Virus record (IMG/VR): IMGVR_UViG_3300025030_000093
Location: 2,507-66,506 of that record
Reading direction: 5' to 3' (one strand)
From: a virus
Length of the DNA: 64,000 nucleotides
Part shown: piece after piece, positions 36,957-45,182 of the stretch
Position numbering within the stretch: position 1 is the first letter of the stretch
Layout of the letters: every line of letters begins with the position of its first letter
The notes under the pieces: generated by a model
What the model was told of the DNA's origin: nothing
Databases searched by the model: none
What the model saw: the letters and a program-made list of their open reading frames with translations, nothing else
Position numbers and translations under genes: made by a program

Positions 36957-38195
36957 CTAACTCGATGAAGTCACTACCTGCATATCCAGTGTGCCGCGCA
37001 CGAAACTCCGCAACATCAGCCGCACGGCGCATACCGGACTGGTTATCGCTTCAGCCTGATTCGCGCTTGCCCAATCCGCCGGATAGATATAGGACGCCGT
37101 GTATTCATCCATAGAGCCGTCCAGTACATAGTCTCTGGTATAGGCAAAGCGGTGTTCCAGATTAGCGTCAACCGAACGCTCGACACGAATGCCTATCGTA
37201 AGCGCATAAATATCGGTCGGAATCAACTGGCTTTCGCATTCGTCCGCCGAACCGACCGTAACATTGCCAGCCAGAGCCGCAGAAGCGCGTACAGTATGCA
37301 CGACTGAAAAATTCTTGGTCCCCTTGACGGTCGTGGTATTAGGCCCTGTAATCACTTCCGTCAACACCAGGCCCTTGCGATCATAGCCACCGACAGTAAA
37401 CGTCTTGGTTGATTCATCACCAGCCGCCGTAATCGAAACGTGTCGCGCCTGAACAGAACAACCAGCACCGTTAAATACCAAGCTACCAGCGGCGGATAAC
37501 GACTGCGATTCGCAGATGAAATCCAGATCGCCAGCCACACCGACCGTTACCGTACTGGCTGTCGCGCCATCAGTAGCAACGTCTATCACCTCAGAGAACA
37601 GAACCGTACCCGAAGATGTCCCGATAGCCGTGCCGGTAATGGCGTCAGATACCTCAAGGCCATCCGCGTCGCGGCCATAGGCCGTAAACGTCACCAATGA
37701 ATCATCACCAGCCGATACGACTCTCAGGGTACGCGCCTGAACGATTGTCGCCGTACCGTACATCTTGCAACTGCGACAAGCCACGCCGCTATGCGCGAAT
37801 CCGTTGGCCGCTGCCAATGTTTCCGAAGTAGCAAAACAATCATCGTCAGCCGCAGTACCGACGGTAACGTTACCCGCCGTCGCTCCGCTTGACACAACCC
37901 TTGTGATCGTTTTGAACGACTGAGACGTATCCACGGTAGTCGCATTAGCGCCGGTAACTGTTTCTTCAATCGAACCGCCATCCGCAGCCATGCCATATAC
38001 CGTGAAGATAATACCTGAATCGTCAGCGGCAGATGTTATGCGAACTGCGGCGGCAGTACCGAGATAGGCTACCGTATCCGCCTTATACAAAGCACCGTTG
38101 ATAATCAAATCAGCCGCACCAGCAACCGTCTGTGACGCACAGATGCCATTCGGGTCTGCTACCGTCATTCTGAGGGAAATCTCTTTCGGTCTCAT
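36957..38195 (-). CDS. structural protein with three about 100-aa beta repeats
   Basis: Repeat unit DGIC.SQ.....L.ING...V.ITS..DDS...FT.YG...E.ITG....TV.....F..V....NVTVG. Confidence 0.75.
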   Translation of the reverse strand: MRPKEISLRMTVADPNGICASQTVAGAADLIINGALYKADTVAYLGTAAAVRITSAADDSGIIFTVYGMAADGGSIEETVTGANATTVDTSQSFKTITRVVSSGATAGNVTVGTAADDDCFATSETLAAANGFAHSGVACRSCKMYGTATIVQARTLRVVSAGDDSLVTFTAYGRDADGLEVSDAITGTAIGTSSGTVLFSEVIDVATDGATASTVTVGVAGDLDFICESQSLSAAGSLVFNGAGCSVQARHVSITAAGDESTKTFTVGGYDRKGLVLTEVITGPNTTTVKGTKNFSVVHTVRASAALAGNVTVGSADECESQLIPTDIYALTIGIRVERSVDANLEHRFAYTRDYVLDGSMDEYTASYIYPADWASANQAEAITSPVCAVRLMLRSFVRGTLDMQVVTSSS

Positions 38196-38289
38196 TCAGT
38201 TTCCCCCTTTCCTTAATTCCATTGTCCCTCCAGAGATAAAGTTAAGATAGAGGCCACAAAACGTGACCTCTATCCATTGAACAATGGGA

Positions 38290-39198
38290 TTACGGAATGG
38301 CCGCAGCAGCAGGATCAAGTTCGCCACTCGAACCAGCGGTATTGCCGCCATAGTTCTCCAGCCAGAATAATGCCTCGCCAAGATAGACCGGAGCATCGTT
38401 CTTAGCATAACTACACATGTTTTTAACCATGTGCCCGGTGCTGGAAGCATGAACTTCGATGCAGTATCCAGCCGCAGTCGTATCCTGATTGAGTACGGTA
38501 TTGCCCTCAATCAAGACATTGGTCGCAATGCCCGCATCGTGGTCAATCGTGGAATCGGATGAATCTACATCTATGTGGTTATTCAGCAGACGCAGATCAC
38601 TAGTCGTCCCGGCAAACAAAATCGAATTGGTCATGGAACCAGCGATCAGTCCGATGAAATCGCAGTTCTTGATTGTTAGGCCAAGAACCGTAGTCGCTAC
38701 TGAAACATGAATCAGCCATTCCTTGGCATTGGTTGTGTCCCGACACTGGACACCATCCAACGTAAGGCCGTCAGCCGCCGCATCCACCAGAATAGCCTGC
38801 GTTCCGCCGCCGGTATAATTGCAGGTCATCCTGACATTCTTGATATAAGCATTGGCCGCCGTGACGCTCAGTGTACCAGCCGCAGCGGTAGTGCTGAAGG
38901 TCGGAATCCGAGTACCTGAACCAAGGCCGACTATTGTAACGCCAGCCTTATCGACAAGAAATTCAGTGGCCGCCGCAACATTCTCGGCGTGTCCGGGCAT
39001 AAGCAAGATTACATCATTCTTGTTGTCCGTACAAAGCCCCATAGCCTTGTCTATCGTAGCCAGCGGCTTACTCGAACTTTTGCCGGTATTGCCATCGGAA
39101 CCGTTGTTTGAATCGACAAAGAAAACAGTTCCCACAACCCCAAAGGGGAGAGGGATACCCATACTTTCAATGCCATTGGGAAATCTGGTAAGAGTCAT
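38290..39198 (-). CDS. right-handed beta-helix (pectin-lyase-like) structural protein
   Basis: MTLTRFPNG, FFVDS..GSDGN.G.S...PLATI..A; AAGGAG RBS. Confidence 0.75.
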   Translation of the reverse strand: MTLTRFPNGIESMGIPLPFGVVGTVFFVDSNNGSDGNTGKSSSKPLATIDKAMGLCTDNKNDVILLMPGHAENVAAATEFLVDKAGVTIVGLGSGTRIPTFSTTAAAGTLSVTAANAYIKNVRMTCNYTGGGTQAILVDAAADGLTLDGVQCRDTTNAKEWLIHVSVATTVLGLTIKNCDFIGLIAGSMTNSILFAGTTSDLRLLNNHIDVDSSDSTIDHDAGIATNVLIEGNTVLNQDTTAAGYCIEVHASSTGHMVKNMCSYAKNDAPVYLGEALFWLENYGGNTAGSSGELDPAAAAIP

Positions 39199-39404
39199 TA
39201 CTACTCCTTGCAAGAGGCCATCCCATAGGGACAGCAGCCATTTCTCAGACTGCCAGCTTTGCGAAAGGATTGGTATTATGATCCGCTATCGGATTCTGGA
39301 AGGACAATCAGATGAGACAGGAGAGGGTTTTAAAGTCCTCTCCTCTCCCATCCCATTAAAGAACTACTTTAATCTACAACTACAACTCATTAAATATCAA
39401 TGAG

Positions 39405-40319
39405 TTAACCGCCGGTCGACCCGAAGATACCCCGCGGGTCGGCCCACCCGGCACTGAAACGCATACGGTTTTTGAACTTTGCATTGTCCGTACCGAAGTC
39501 GTTCTCCTTCGCTCCGCCGAACTCATCGGCGTCACGCTGAACGTAGATCAGGCCGTAAGGTACGTTGGTCTGCAAGAACCAAGCATCACTGTCAGTCAGA
39601 TACTTCCACACGACAAAGCCGTCGGGAATTGCATTCTGCGCCCGCAGGGCATTGATCGCGTTGTTGGCCGTATCGTTCTGGTTGGTGCTCTTGAGAATGC
39701 GCGGGGCCTCGAACTGATTTGCGTTTGCCACAATCAGCTTACGGGCCTGAGCCTGAATCTTGATACCCCGGTCGTTCGCGTAGTCACCAATATTGACACA
39801 AGCCTGTTCAAGAGAAGTCTCTGACAGGTCGGCATCGACAGTCAGTTTGTTGCTGTAGGTCCCGCCACTCTTATTGACGTGCGAGACTGAAAGCAGAACA
39901 ACACCATCACCGCCGGTATAACCGGAGGTCGTAGCCCGATTCAGGACGTTGGCAAGCACCGTCTCGCGGGAAGCGACACCGGCAAAGGCCAGTGACACGG
40001 CTTGCTGCTTCATAATGTTGTACTGCTCGTCATCGTTCATTTCGCGGGTTACAATGAATCCGCTCTGATACACGACGTGGGTGAAACGACTGACGAACCC
40101 CTGCTGCATCGTATCGAAGGACATTTCTCCGCCTTCGGTTTTGACGGGGTAGAGGCCGTAGCCAGTTACGCCGACAAATTCCTCAAAATTCTTGTCGGAT
40201 GTTTCATTCTGGAAGATGGTTTTGCCAACTTCCGCATCTTTGGGATACGCTTCGCCATACCAGGCTTTAATTCCCGGCTCCAGCGATTTGCCCCAATTGC
40301 TTGTAGTCTGAACAGCCAT
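39405..40319 (-). CDS. major capsid protein (HK97 fold, Mu gpT/HTVC010P-like)
   Basis: LEPG, SDK.FEE, K.EG....D, GGDG..L.S..H, DLSETSLE, YLTD.DAWF, R.S.GW.DPRG..GS.G. Confidence 0.9.
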   Translation of the reverse strand: MAVQTTSNWGKSLEPGIKAWYGEAYPKDAEVGKTIFQNETSDKNFEEFVGVTGYGLYPVKTEGGEMSFDTMQQGFVSRFTHVVYQSGFIVTREMNDDEQYNIMKQQAVSLAFAGVASRETVLANVLNRATTSGYTGGDGVVLLSVSHVNKSGGTYSNKLTVDADLSETSLEQACVNIGDYANDRGIKIQAQARKLIVANANQFEAPRILKSTNQNDTANNAINALRAQNAIPDGFVVWKYLTDSDAWFLQTNVPYGLIYVQRDADEFGGAKENDFGTDNAKFKNRMRFSAGWADPRGIFGSTGG

Positions 40320-40344
40320 TGGTTAATCTCCTTTGGGCCGTGAA

Positions 40345-40929
40345 TTAGTTATGGACGCCTGTGAAGTTACCCTCAGCCGCATTACCAGCACCGTAAGCAT
40401 GCAGGTTATAACGAACTTCGAGCTTCGCATTCGCGCCTAGCGCGTTATCTTCTCTGTTAAGCAGACGGTAAATCTGGAATATCAGCGTTTCGGTCGTGTC
40501 GATAGTGCTCTGGTCGATTTCCTGACCCGAAGCGCCGCTGGTCGTGCTGGTCCCAGCATCGGTCAGACTGGCGTTAGCGCCGATGTCGCCATCCTCAAAC
40601 GTACCGGAACTCTGTGCAAGCAGAATCAGGTCGGGAGAATCAGCGATATAGACATAACCGCTGGTCGAAGCCGGAAGATACAGACGGTTCGGCGCATCGG
40701 GATCGTACTTAAAAGCTACGACCGGGCCGACCGGAATCGTCGAGGCAGTAGCTAGGTAGACTTCGGGCACTTTGACAGAGGCGGTATTAGCCACCAGTGA
40801 CATCATGCACCCTACGCCTACAGCGGCTACGCTGTTAGACGAATCAATGTAATACTCGTTGATGAGAATAGGCCCGCCGCTCAGTCGCCTGAGAGGCATA
40901 AACCCATTAACAATATCCGAATTTGCCAC
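40345..40929 (-). CDS. capsid decoration/cement-like protein
   Basis: MAN.D...G..P N-terminus directly upstream of MCP. Confidence 0.7.
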   Translation of the reverse strand: MANSDIVNGFMPLRRLSGGPILINEYYIDSSNSVAAVGVGCMMSLVANTASVKVPEVYLATASTIPVGPVVAFKYDPDAPNRLYLPASTSGYVYIADSPDLILLAQSSGTFEDGDIGANASLTDAGTSTTSGASGQEIDQSTIDTTETLIFQIYRLLNREDNALGANAKLEVRYNLHAYGAGNAAEGNFTGVHN

Positions 40930-40962
40930 TTTTAAAGCTCCAATGATTAAACAAAACGAAAG

Positions 40963-41604
40963 TTATCTGGAAAGTACCTGTGGGGTAGTGACATTAACCG
41001 TCATGCCAGTACCCTGAATACCCGGCACTTCTGCCGATCTCCGCATCTGTTTGTCGATTACATCCAGTTTCGCATTGTAGGCGGCCTTATCCTCATCGTG
41101 CAATACCTTCTCGATAACCATAAGATAAAGTTTGCCGCCGTTGCCTGCTGGCATTTCAACGAACGATCCTAATGATCCGGGTCGATTAACGTCGCCAGAA
41201 ACAGGCGTATGCGTAGCATCGTTGGTAACAAAATCCCAGCCTTTATCCGCTCTTTCGCGGAGTCTCTTGCCGCCAAGTTCGGGATTGTCCAATACCCACC
41301 GCCCGACATAACCCGGCGGTATGCGGGCATCCAGCGGACTACGCGCTCCAACCTCGGCCCTTTTCTTGCGCTTTTCGGCCAGTCTATCCGGCCTGCTCTG
41401 TACTGCGGTTGCACCCTCTGAGTGCGACTCTTGTTCTGTTATAGCCTGTACTTTCATTTCTCTCAATGCAAATCCACCCATGTAAGGGATAACTTCAGTT
41501 GTAATACCTGAGTCTTTCATAATTTCGTCGGCTCTGGTTTTCGCGGCGAAATCAGTCTTGAAAGGCGTACTCTTTTGGGTTAAGTGAATCCTGGCCTCTG
41601 CCAT
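40963..41604 (-). CDS. head-module protein
   Basis: P.GY..RW......R......GW.FV, LM.I motif; between scaffold and decoration gene. Confidence 0.65.
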   Translation of the reverse strand: MAEARIHLTQKSTPFKTDFAAKTRADEIMKDSGITTEVIPYMGGFALREMKVQAITEQESHSEGATAVQSRPDRLAEKRKKRAEVGARSPLDARIPPGYVGRWVLDNPELGGKRLRERADKGWDFVTNDATHTPVSGDVNRPGSLGSFVEMPAGNGGKLYLMVIEKVLHDEDKAAYNAKLDVIDKQMRRSAEVPGIQGTGMTVNVTTPQVLSR

Positions 41605-41606
41605 TG

Positions 41607-42608
41607 TTAGCTCTCCTGTTGATAAAGTAAATCGACATACGCTTGGTTGTCCTTAAAAGCGCCGCGAACTACAAACGCTTTGCACTTTTGCTTTTCATCA
41701 TCGCTTAAATCATTGAACGTCTTTTTCTTACTACCTCCCGGCGTACCGCCTCCGACTGCGGAAAATTCGCGCTGTTGCTTAGGCGGAGCAAACTGCTTCT
41801 CCGCATTCGTGCGATATTCGGTAACGCCTTTGTCTACTTCTGCTAATATCTGTTCCCAAGTCCAATCGGTATGTTCCTTACCCAATTCGGTGGAGCGTGT
41901 ATCCGCGAATAGTGTCATTGCAGCGTATAACGGATTCTTCAGATCACCGTACCAAGAATCATTCTTACCTAACCAACGTTGAACGGTCGGTGAATTTGCG
42001 CCGGTAGCCGGACCCTCCGAAGTGGACTCTTGCCCTTCTCCTGATTCTTCAACTTCTTCCGCCTTTAATTCTCCGGTCAGGGCCACGATCTTCTTGTTAA
42101 TATCAAGAACGGCAACCTTGTCGCCCTCACCGGCAGCCGCCGCCAAATTCCCTTCCAGTTCCTTCAGTAGATTTTCCCGCGCATTCTTCTCGGCCTCTTT
42201 CACGCGCCTGTCCGCCGCCTCCTGTCGCTCGTGCATTGCGCGAACCGTCTTGGCCGTTTCGTCCACTTGCTTCTGTAGTTCCTTGTCGCGCTTCCGGTAG
42301 GCGTCCGAAATGCCTTTCTGGTTCTTCACAAAGGTTTTCGGATCGACCCACTGCTTACCCTTATTTTCGGAGTCGGCCTCAAATTCTTCCTTGGGCCGCC
42401 AGCCCCAATCGAGGGCTATTTCCTCAACGTCACTCGGTGTTGCTTTTACTTCTTTCTGCTGTTCTTCTTCATGTGCGGCATTTTCATCTTTTTTGCCGCC
42501 TTCATCGCCGGACTCTTGCACTTTACCGCCATCTTTCGCAGCCTCCTCGATTTCTTTCTTCAGCGCCTCTTTGGCTTGCTCTTTAGTTGTCGTTCCGATC
42601 TCAGCCAC
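41607..42608 (-). CDS. capsid scaffolding protein
   Basis: Acidic coiled coil, GW.PKEE...W.D..FV, W...N.WY, F.DL. Confidence 0.75.
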   Translation of the reverse strand: MAEIGTTTKEQAKEALKKEIEEAAKDGGKVQESGDEGGKKDENAAHEEEQQKEVKATPSDVEEIALDWGWRPKEEFEADSENKGKQWVDPKTFVKNQKGISDAYRKRDKELQKQVDETAKTVRAMHERQEAADRRVKEAEKNARENLLKELEGNLAAAAGEGDKVAVLDINKKIVALTGELKAEEVEESGEGQESTSEGPATGANSPTVQRWLGKNDSWYGDLKNPLYAAMTLFADTRSTELGKEHTDWTWEQILAEVDKGVTEYRTNAEKQFAPPKQQREFSAVGGGTPGGSKKKTFNDLSDDEKQKCKAFVVRGAFKDNQAYVDLLYQQES

Positions 42609-42969
42609 TTACGGCCTCCTCGCCTGCCGTGAACTCCGTACCTTCTTCGGCGTCACGCCAGACCATGTTTATATCCTGATCGTTGATTACACGAAAACCT
42701 ACTCCGTTTTCGTCTTTGAAGGTTAATCCTGCGTACTGGTTATAAAGAATCTTATCACCACGCTTGAGTCCAAGTTCCTTCATCGTCTTGCCGTCAAAGT
42801 GCATCCCCGCCGTCGGACCCCAATCAACTAACTCGCCCCGGTTCCATGCGTACTGCTGAACATCAGTTACCGATTCGGGAATCTCGATATGGCTGTACCT
42901 TTTTTTCAGATCATCCTGTAAATCCATCGGCTTAACTAAAACACGATGGCCTATCGGAACCCACGGCAT
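42601..42969 (-). CDS. groES: phage GroES-like co-chaperonin
   Basis: P.GHRVLVKP, GP.A, GDKILY.QYAG, RVINDQDI; AAGGAGG RBS. Confidence 0.9.
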   Translation of the reverse strand: MPWVPIGHRVLVKPMDLQDDLKKRYSHIEIPESVTDVQQYAWNRGELVDWGPTAGMHFDGKTMKELGLKRGDKILYNQYAGLTFKDENGVGFRVINDQDINMVWRDAEEGTEFTAGEEAVSG

Positions 42970-42994
42970 ACAACCCTCCTTTGAAGGCACTGGT

Positions 42995-43032
42995 AAAACA
43001 AAAAGGCCCGAACTGAATTAACAGTCCGGGCC
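42995..43032 (-). terminator. intrinsic terminator downstream of tRNA-Met, upstream of groES
   Basis: GGCCCGGACTG-TTAATT-CAGTTCGGGCC-TTTTTGTTTT. Confidence 0.75.
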
Positions 43033-43077
43033 GTAGAGTAATCCGCCGAAGCGAATCTATACAGTAACCGTATATTT

Positions 43078-43150
43078 TGGTTGCGGGAGTCGGTATCGCG
43101 CCGACCAGAACGGGCTTATGGGACCCGTCGGGACACTTGTCCGTCCCGCC
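43078..43150 (-). tRNA. tRNA-Met(CAT), initiator-like, atypical compact fold
   Basis: GGCGGGA/TCCCGCA acceptor with 1:72 mismatch, loop CCCATAA, encoded ACCA end. Confidence 0.75.
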
Positions 43151-43288
43151 TTATTTTTAATTTACGCCAAGCCTACGATGTGGGTCGCGCCCCTCGGCTT
43201 GGCGCACGAACGGAGGTGCTTATGAGCTAATGCACTTCAATCCATAATACACTGGGACGTAAAAGTCAAGATGTAGGCAATATTATTT

Positions 43289-43480
43289 TTAATCTTCCAT
43301 AACAAACTTCAGTCCATTCGGCAAAATCTTTGTACTCTCCGGCTGAAGAACATTAAATTGCGGTACACCGAATCCGCCCTGATTCATGTGAATGTCGAGC
43401 ATAATGTGGGCCGTGCAACGCTGTTGCTTCTTCTCATCCAGATACGCGTCGATCAAGGCCATGACTTCGTTCTTAGTCAT
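43289..43480 (-). CDS. hypothetical protein
   Basis: Coupled ORF. Confidence 0.55.
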   Translation of the reverse strand: MTKNEVMALIDAYLDEKKQQRCTAHIMLDIHMNQGGFGVPQFNVLQPESTKILPNGLKFVMED

Positions 43481-43732
43481 TTAAGCGGCGTCCCTTTTTG
43501 CCAAGCACCATGCACCGTATATCAAGCAGAACAGTGTAAATATTCCAAGATAAAAGATCAATTTGGGTACGTCCCCACTTTTAGTTTTAGAACATACCGC
43601 ATTCGACCATTCAGGCAAGGTTGTATAGTCAAGAGGATATTGTTCGGTTATCGGCGCGTCGGTTAGCGACCAACGCGGAACACCATAACCATCAGTATAA
43701 ATCTCGGAACAAGTAGTAGCTGTGGCTGTCAT
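43481..43732 (-). CDS. hypothetical membrane protein
   Basis: C-terminal TM. Confidence 0.55.
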   Translation of the reverse strand: MTATATTCSEIYTDGYGVPRWSLTDAPITEQYPLDYTTLPEWSNAVCSKTKSGDVPKLIFYLGIFTLFCLIYGAWCLAKRDAA

Positions 43733-43980
43733 TTCAGGTATCTCAGTTTCTTGACGGCCACAAGAGGTATGTCGGTAACACCATCTACCATTAATCCTGA
43801 CGGTTGCTTATAGTAAGTCGCCAGAATACGAATAGCCTTTTTACTTTTCTCATACAAAAATCCAATAGAACGGCATAGTATCGGGTCGGAATCCGGCAGT
43901 TCATCTTCTCGCTTCCAACCCGACGTAACGACAGAGGACGAATCTATCCACTCGACATACACCGACCTATACTTTTTCAT
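43729..43980 (-). CDS. phage hypothetical protein
   Basis: V.VEW.DS....GW...CRS.GFL...IP...V motif; GGAGG RBS. Confidence 0.7.
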   Translation of the reverse strand: MKKYRSVYVEWIDSSSVVTSGWKREDELPDSDPILCRSIGFLYEKSKKAIRILATYYKQPSGLMVDGVTDIPLVAVKKLRYLK

Positions 43981-44387
43981 TTTCCCTCCATTGGCGCTTC
44001 GTGTAATCCTAATCGTTGCGCTTTCCTCATAACTTTTCTTCCCCAATCCATGCAATTTTTCTGACGCGCCGTTTTCGCGTATTGCCCCGGTTCAAAACAA
44101 TTCAAAAGCGCGAATAACACTTTGTATAGTTCAAAAGAAATGCCGTGGTTTTCTTTGCGCCCCTTAATATCCCATTCAGCCGTTAAGTCGGTTTCTTGCC
44201 CCAAGAATGTACAATCCTTCTTAACTTGTAAATCCCGGCTACCAATCTTCAGTATTATTCCACCATCTTCCAAAACTCTCGACCGCACAAAGCCCAACGG
44301 CATGAACGGTGAAGTAAAGCAATTATTAATCGAGTTGACGAGATTTGTTGCTTCTTTCTTAGTCATTTCTGCCTCCATAAGCATCAT
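43977..44387 (-). CDS. hypothetical protein
   Basis: Coupled ORF; likely internal start MTKKEA with GGAGG RBS. Confidence 0.6.
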   Translation of the reverse strand: MMLMEAEMTKKEATNLVNSINNCFTSPFMPLGFVRSRVLEDGGIILKIGSRDLQVKKDCTFLGQETDLTAEWDIKGRKENHGISFELYKVLFALLNCFEPGQYAKTARQKNCMDWGRKVMRKAQRLGLHEAPMEGK

Positions 44388-44784
44388 AGAGAGTTAATGA
44401 GACCCGGAATAATCTTCCTGAACGACAAAGTTTACTGTTTCTGTTATATAACCACAGCCGCATTCCACAGACAACGGGAAACGCTTGTTCTTTGGGACTT
44501 CTATTACCATCCATTGCCTACATCCAGAGCATTGCAAAACAATCGCGGCTCCCTTTGTGGATATAGCCGTTGGCAAATAAGTATCACCCTTCATTTCTTG
44601 GCAAGCTCCCTCCATATATCGGCGTGTCGTTTAAGAAACCTATGAATCCATTTTTGCTTCCAAGGCCAAATCACAGGGTCGCGTCGATCAAACCAAGCTT
44701 CAGTAGTTAATTGCTCAAGGATTTCATTGTGTATTTGCTTGGATGAAGGCGCAACCATTATTTGCTCTCCTGAATAAAATTATT

Positions 44785-44909
44785 ACCGGGGAATCGGTCA
44801 ATGCCATCCATATTAATTACGTTTGTGGTCGGCCCGGCCCCGCCATGAACTAAGACTACTCCGGCACACGTTGCCACTCTATTTTGAATTGATGTCGCCT
44901 ATCCCCGGC
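44785..44909 (-). ncRNA. candidate rod-shaped ncRNA
   Basis: Terminal stem GCCGGGGA/TCCCCGGT with nested CATC/GATG, ACGT..GTG/CAC..ACGT, CCGG/CCGG. Confidence 0.4.
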
Positions 44910-45182
44910 TTATTCGCTTTCCTGTTCGGTGGATTCTTGTTCAGGTTTCGGAACAATCTTCTCTAATGCAAAAGTTAATGCCTTAATGTATCCAACCGCA
45001 TGAGCTAATTTAGCTTGCGTCTCATGTGCATTTTCGTAGCACAAAGCAGCACCTCCACCATTTCTATCCTTGGCTTGCGCCTTCTGTTCCTCCAGTTGCC
45101 GGAAGAACTCCCGCGTTGGCTCCATTTGCTTCCATGCCGCCCATGCTTCCGGCGGCAACGGCGGCCTCTGCTGACTCTCCAT
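44910..45182 (-). CDS. portal-proximal head protein
   Basis: AGGAGG RBS; W..WK....T..F pattern typical downstream of these portals. Confidence 0.7.
   Translation of the reverse strand: MESQQRPPLPPEAWAAWKQMEPTREFFRQLEEQKAQAKDRNGGGAALCYENAHETQAKLAHAVGYIKALTFALEKIVPKPEQESTEQESE

Noticed and set aside
43240-43270. sigma70 promoter for the tRNA-Met cassette (TTGACT...TATTAT, minus strand)
   Set aside because: Spacer is only 14 bp; the 17-bp alternative -10 (TATGGA) is weak.
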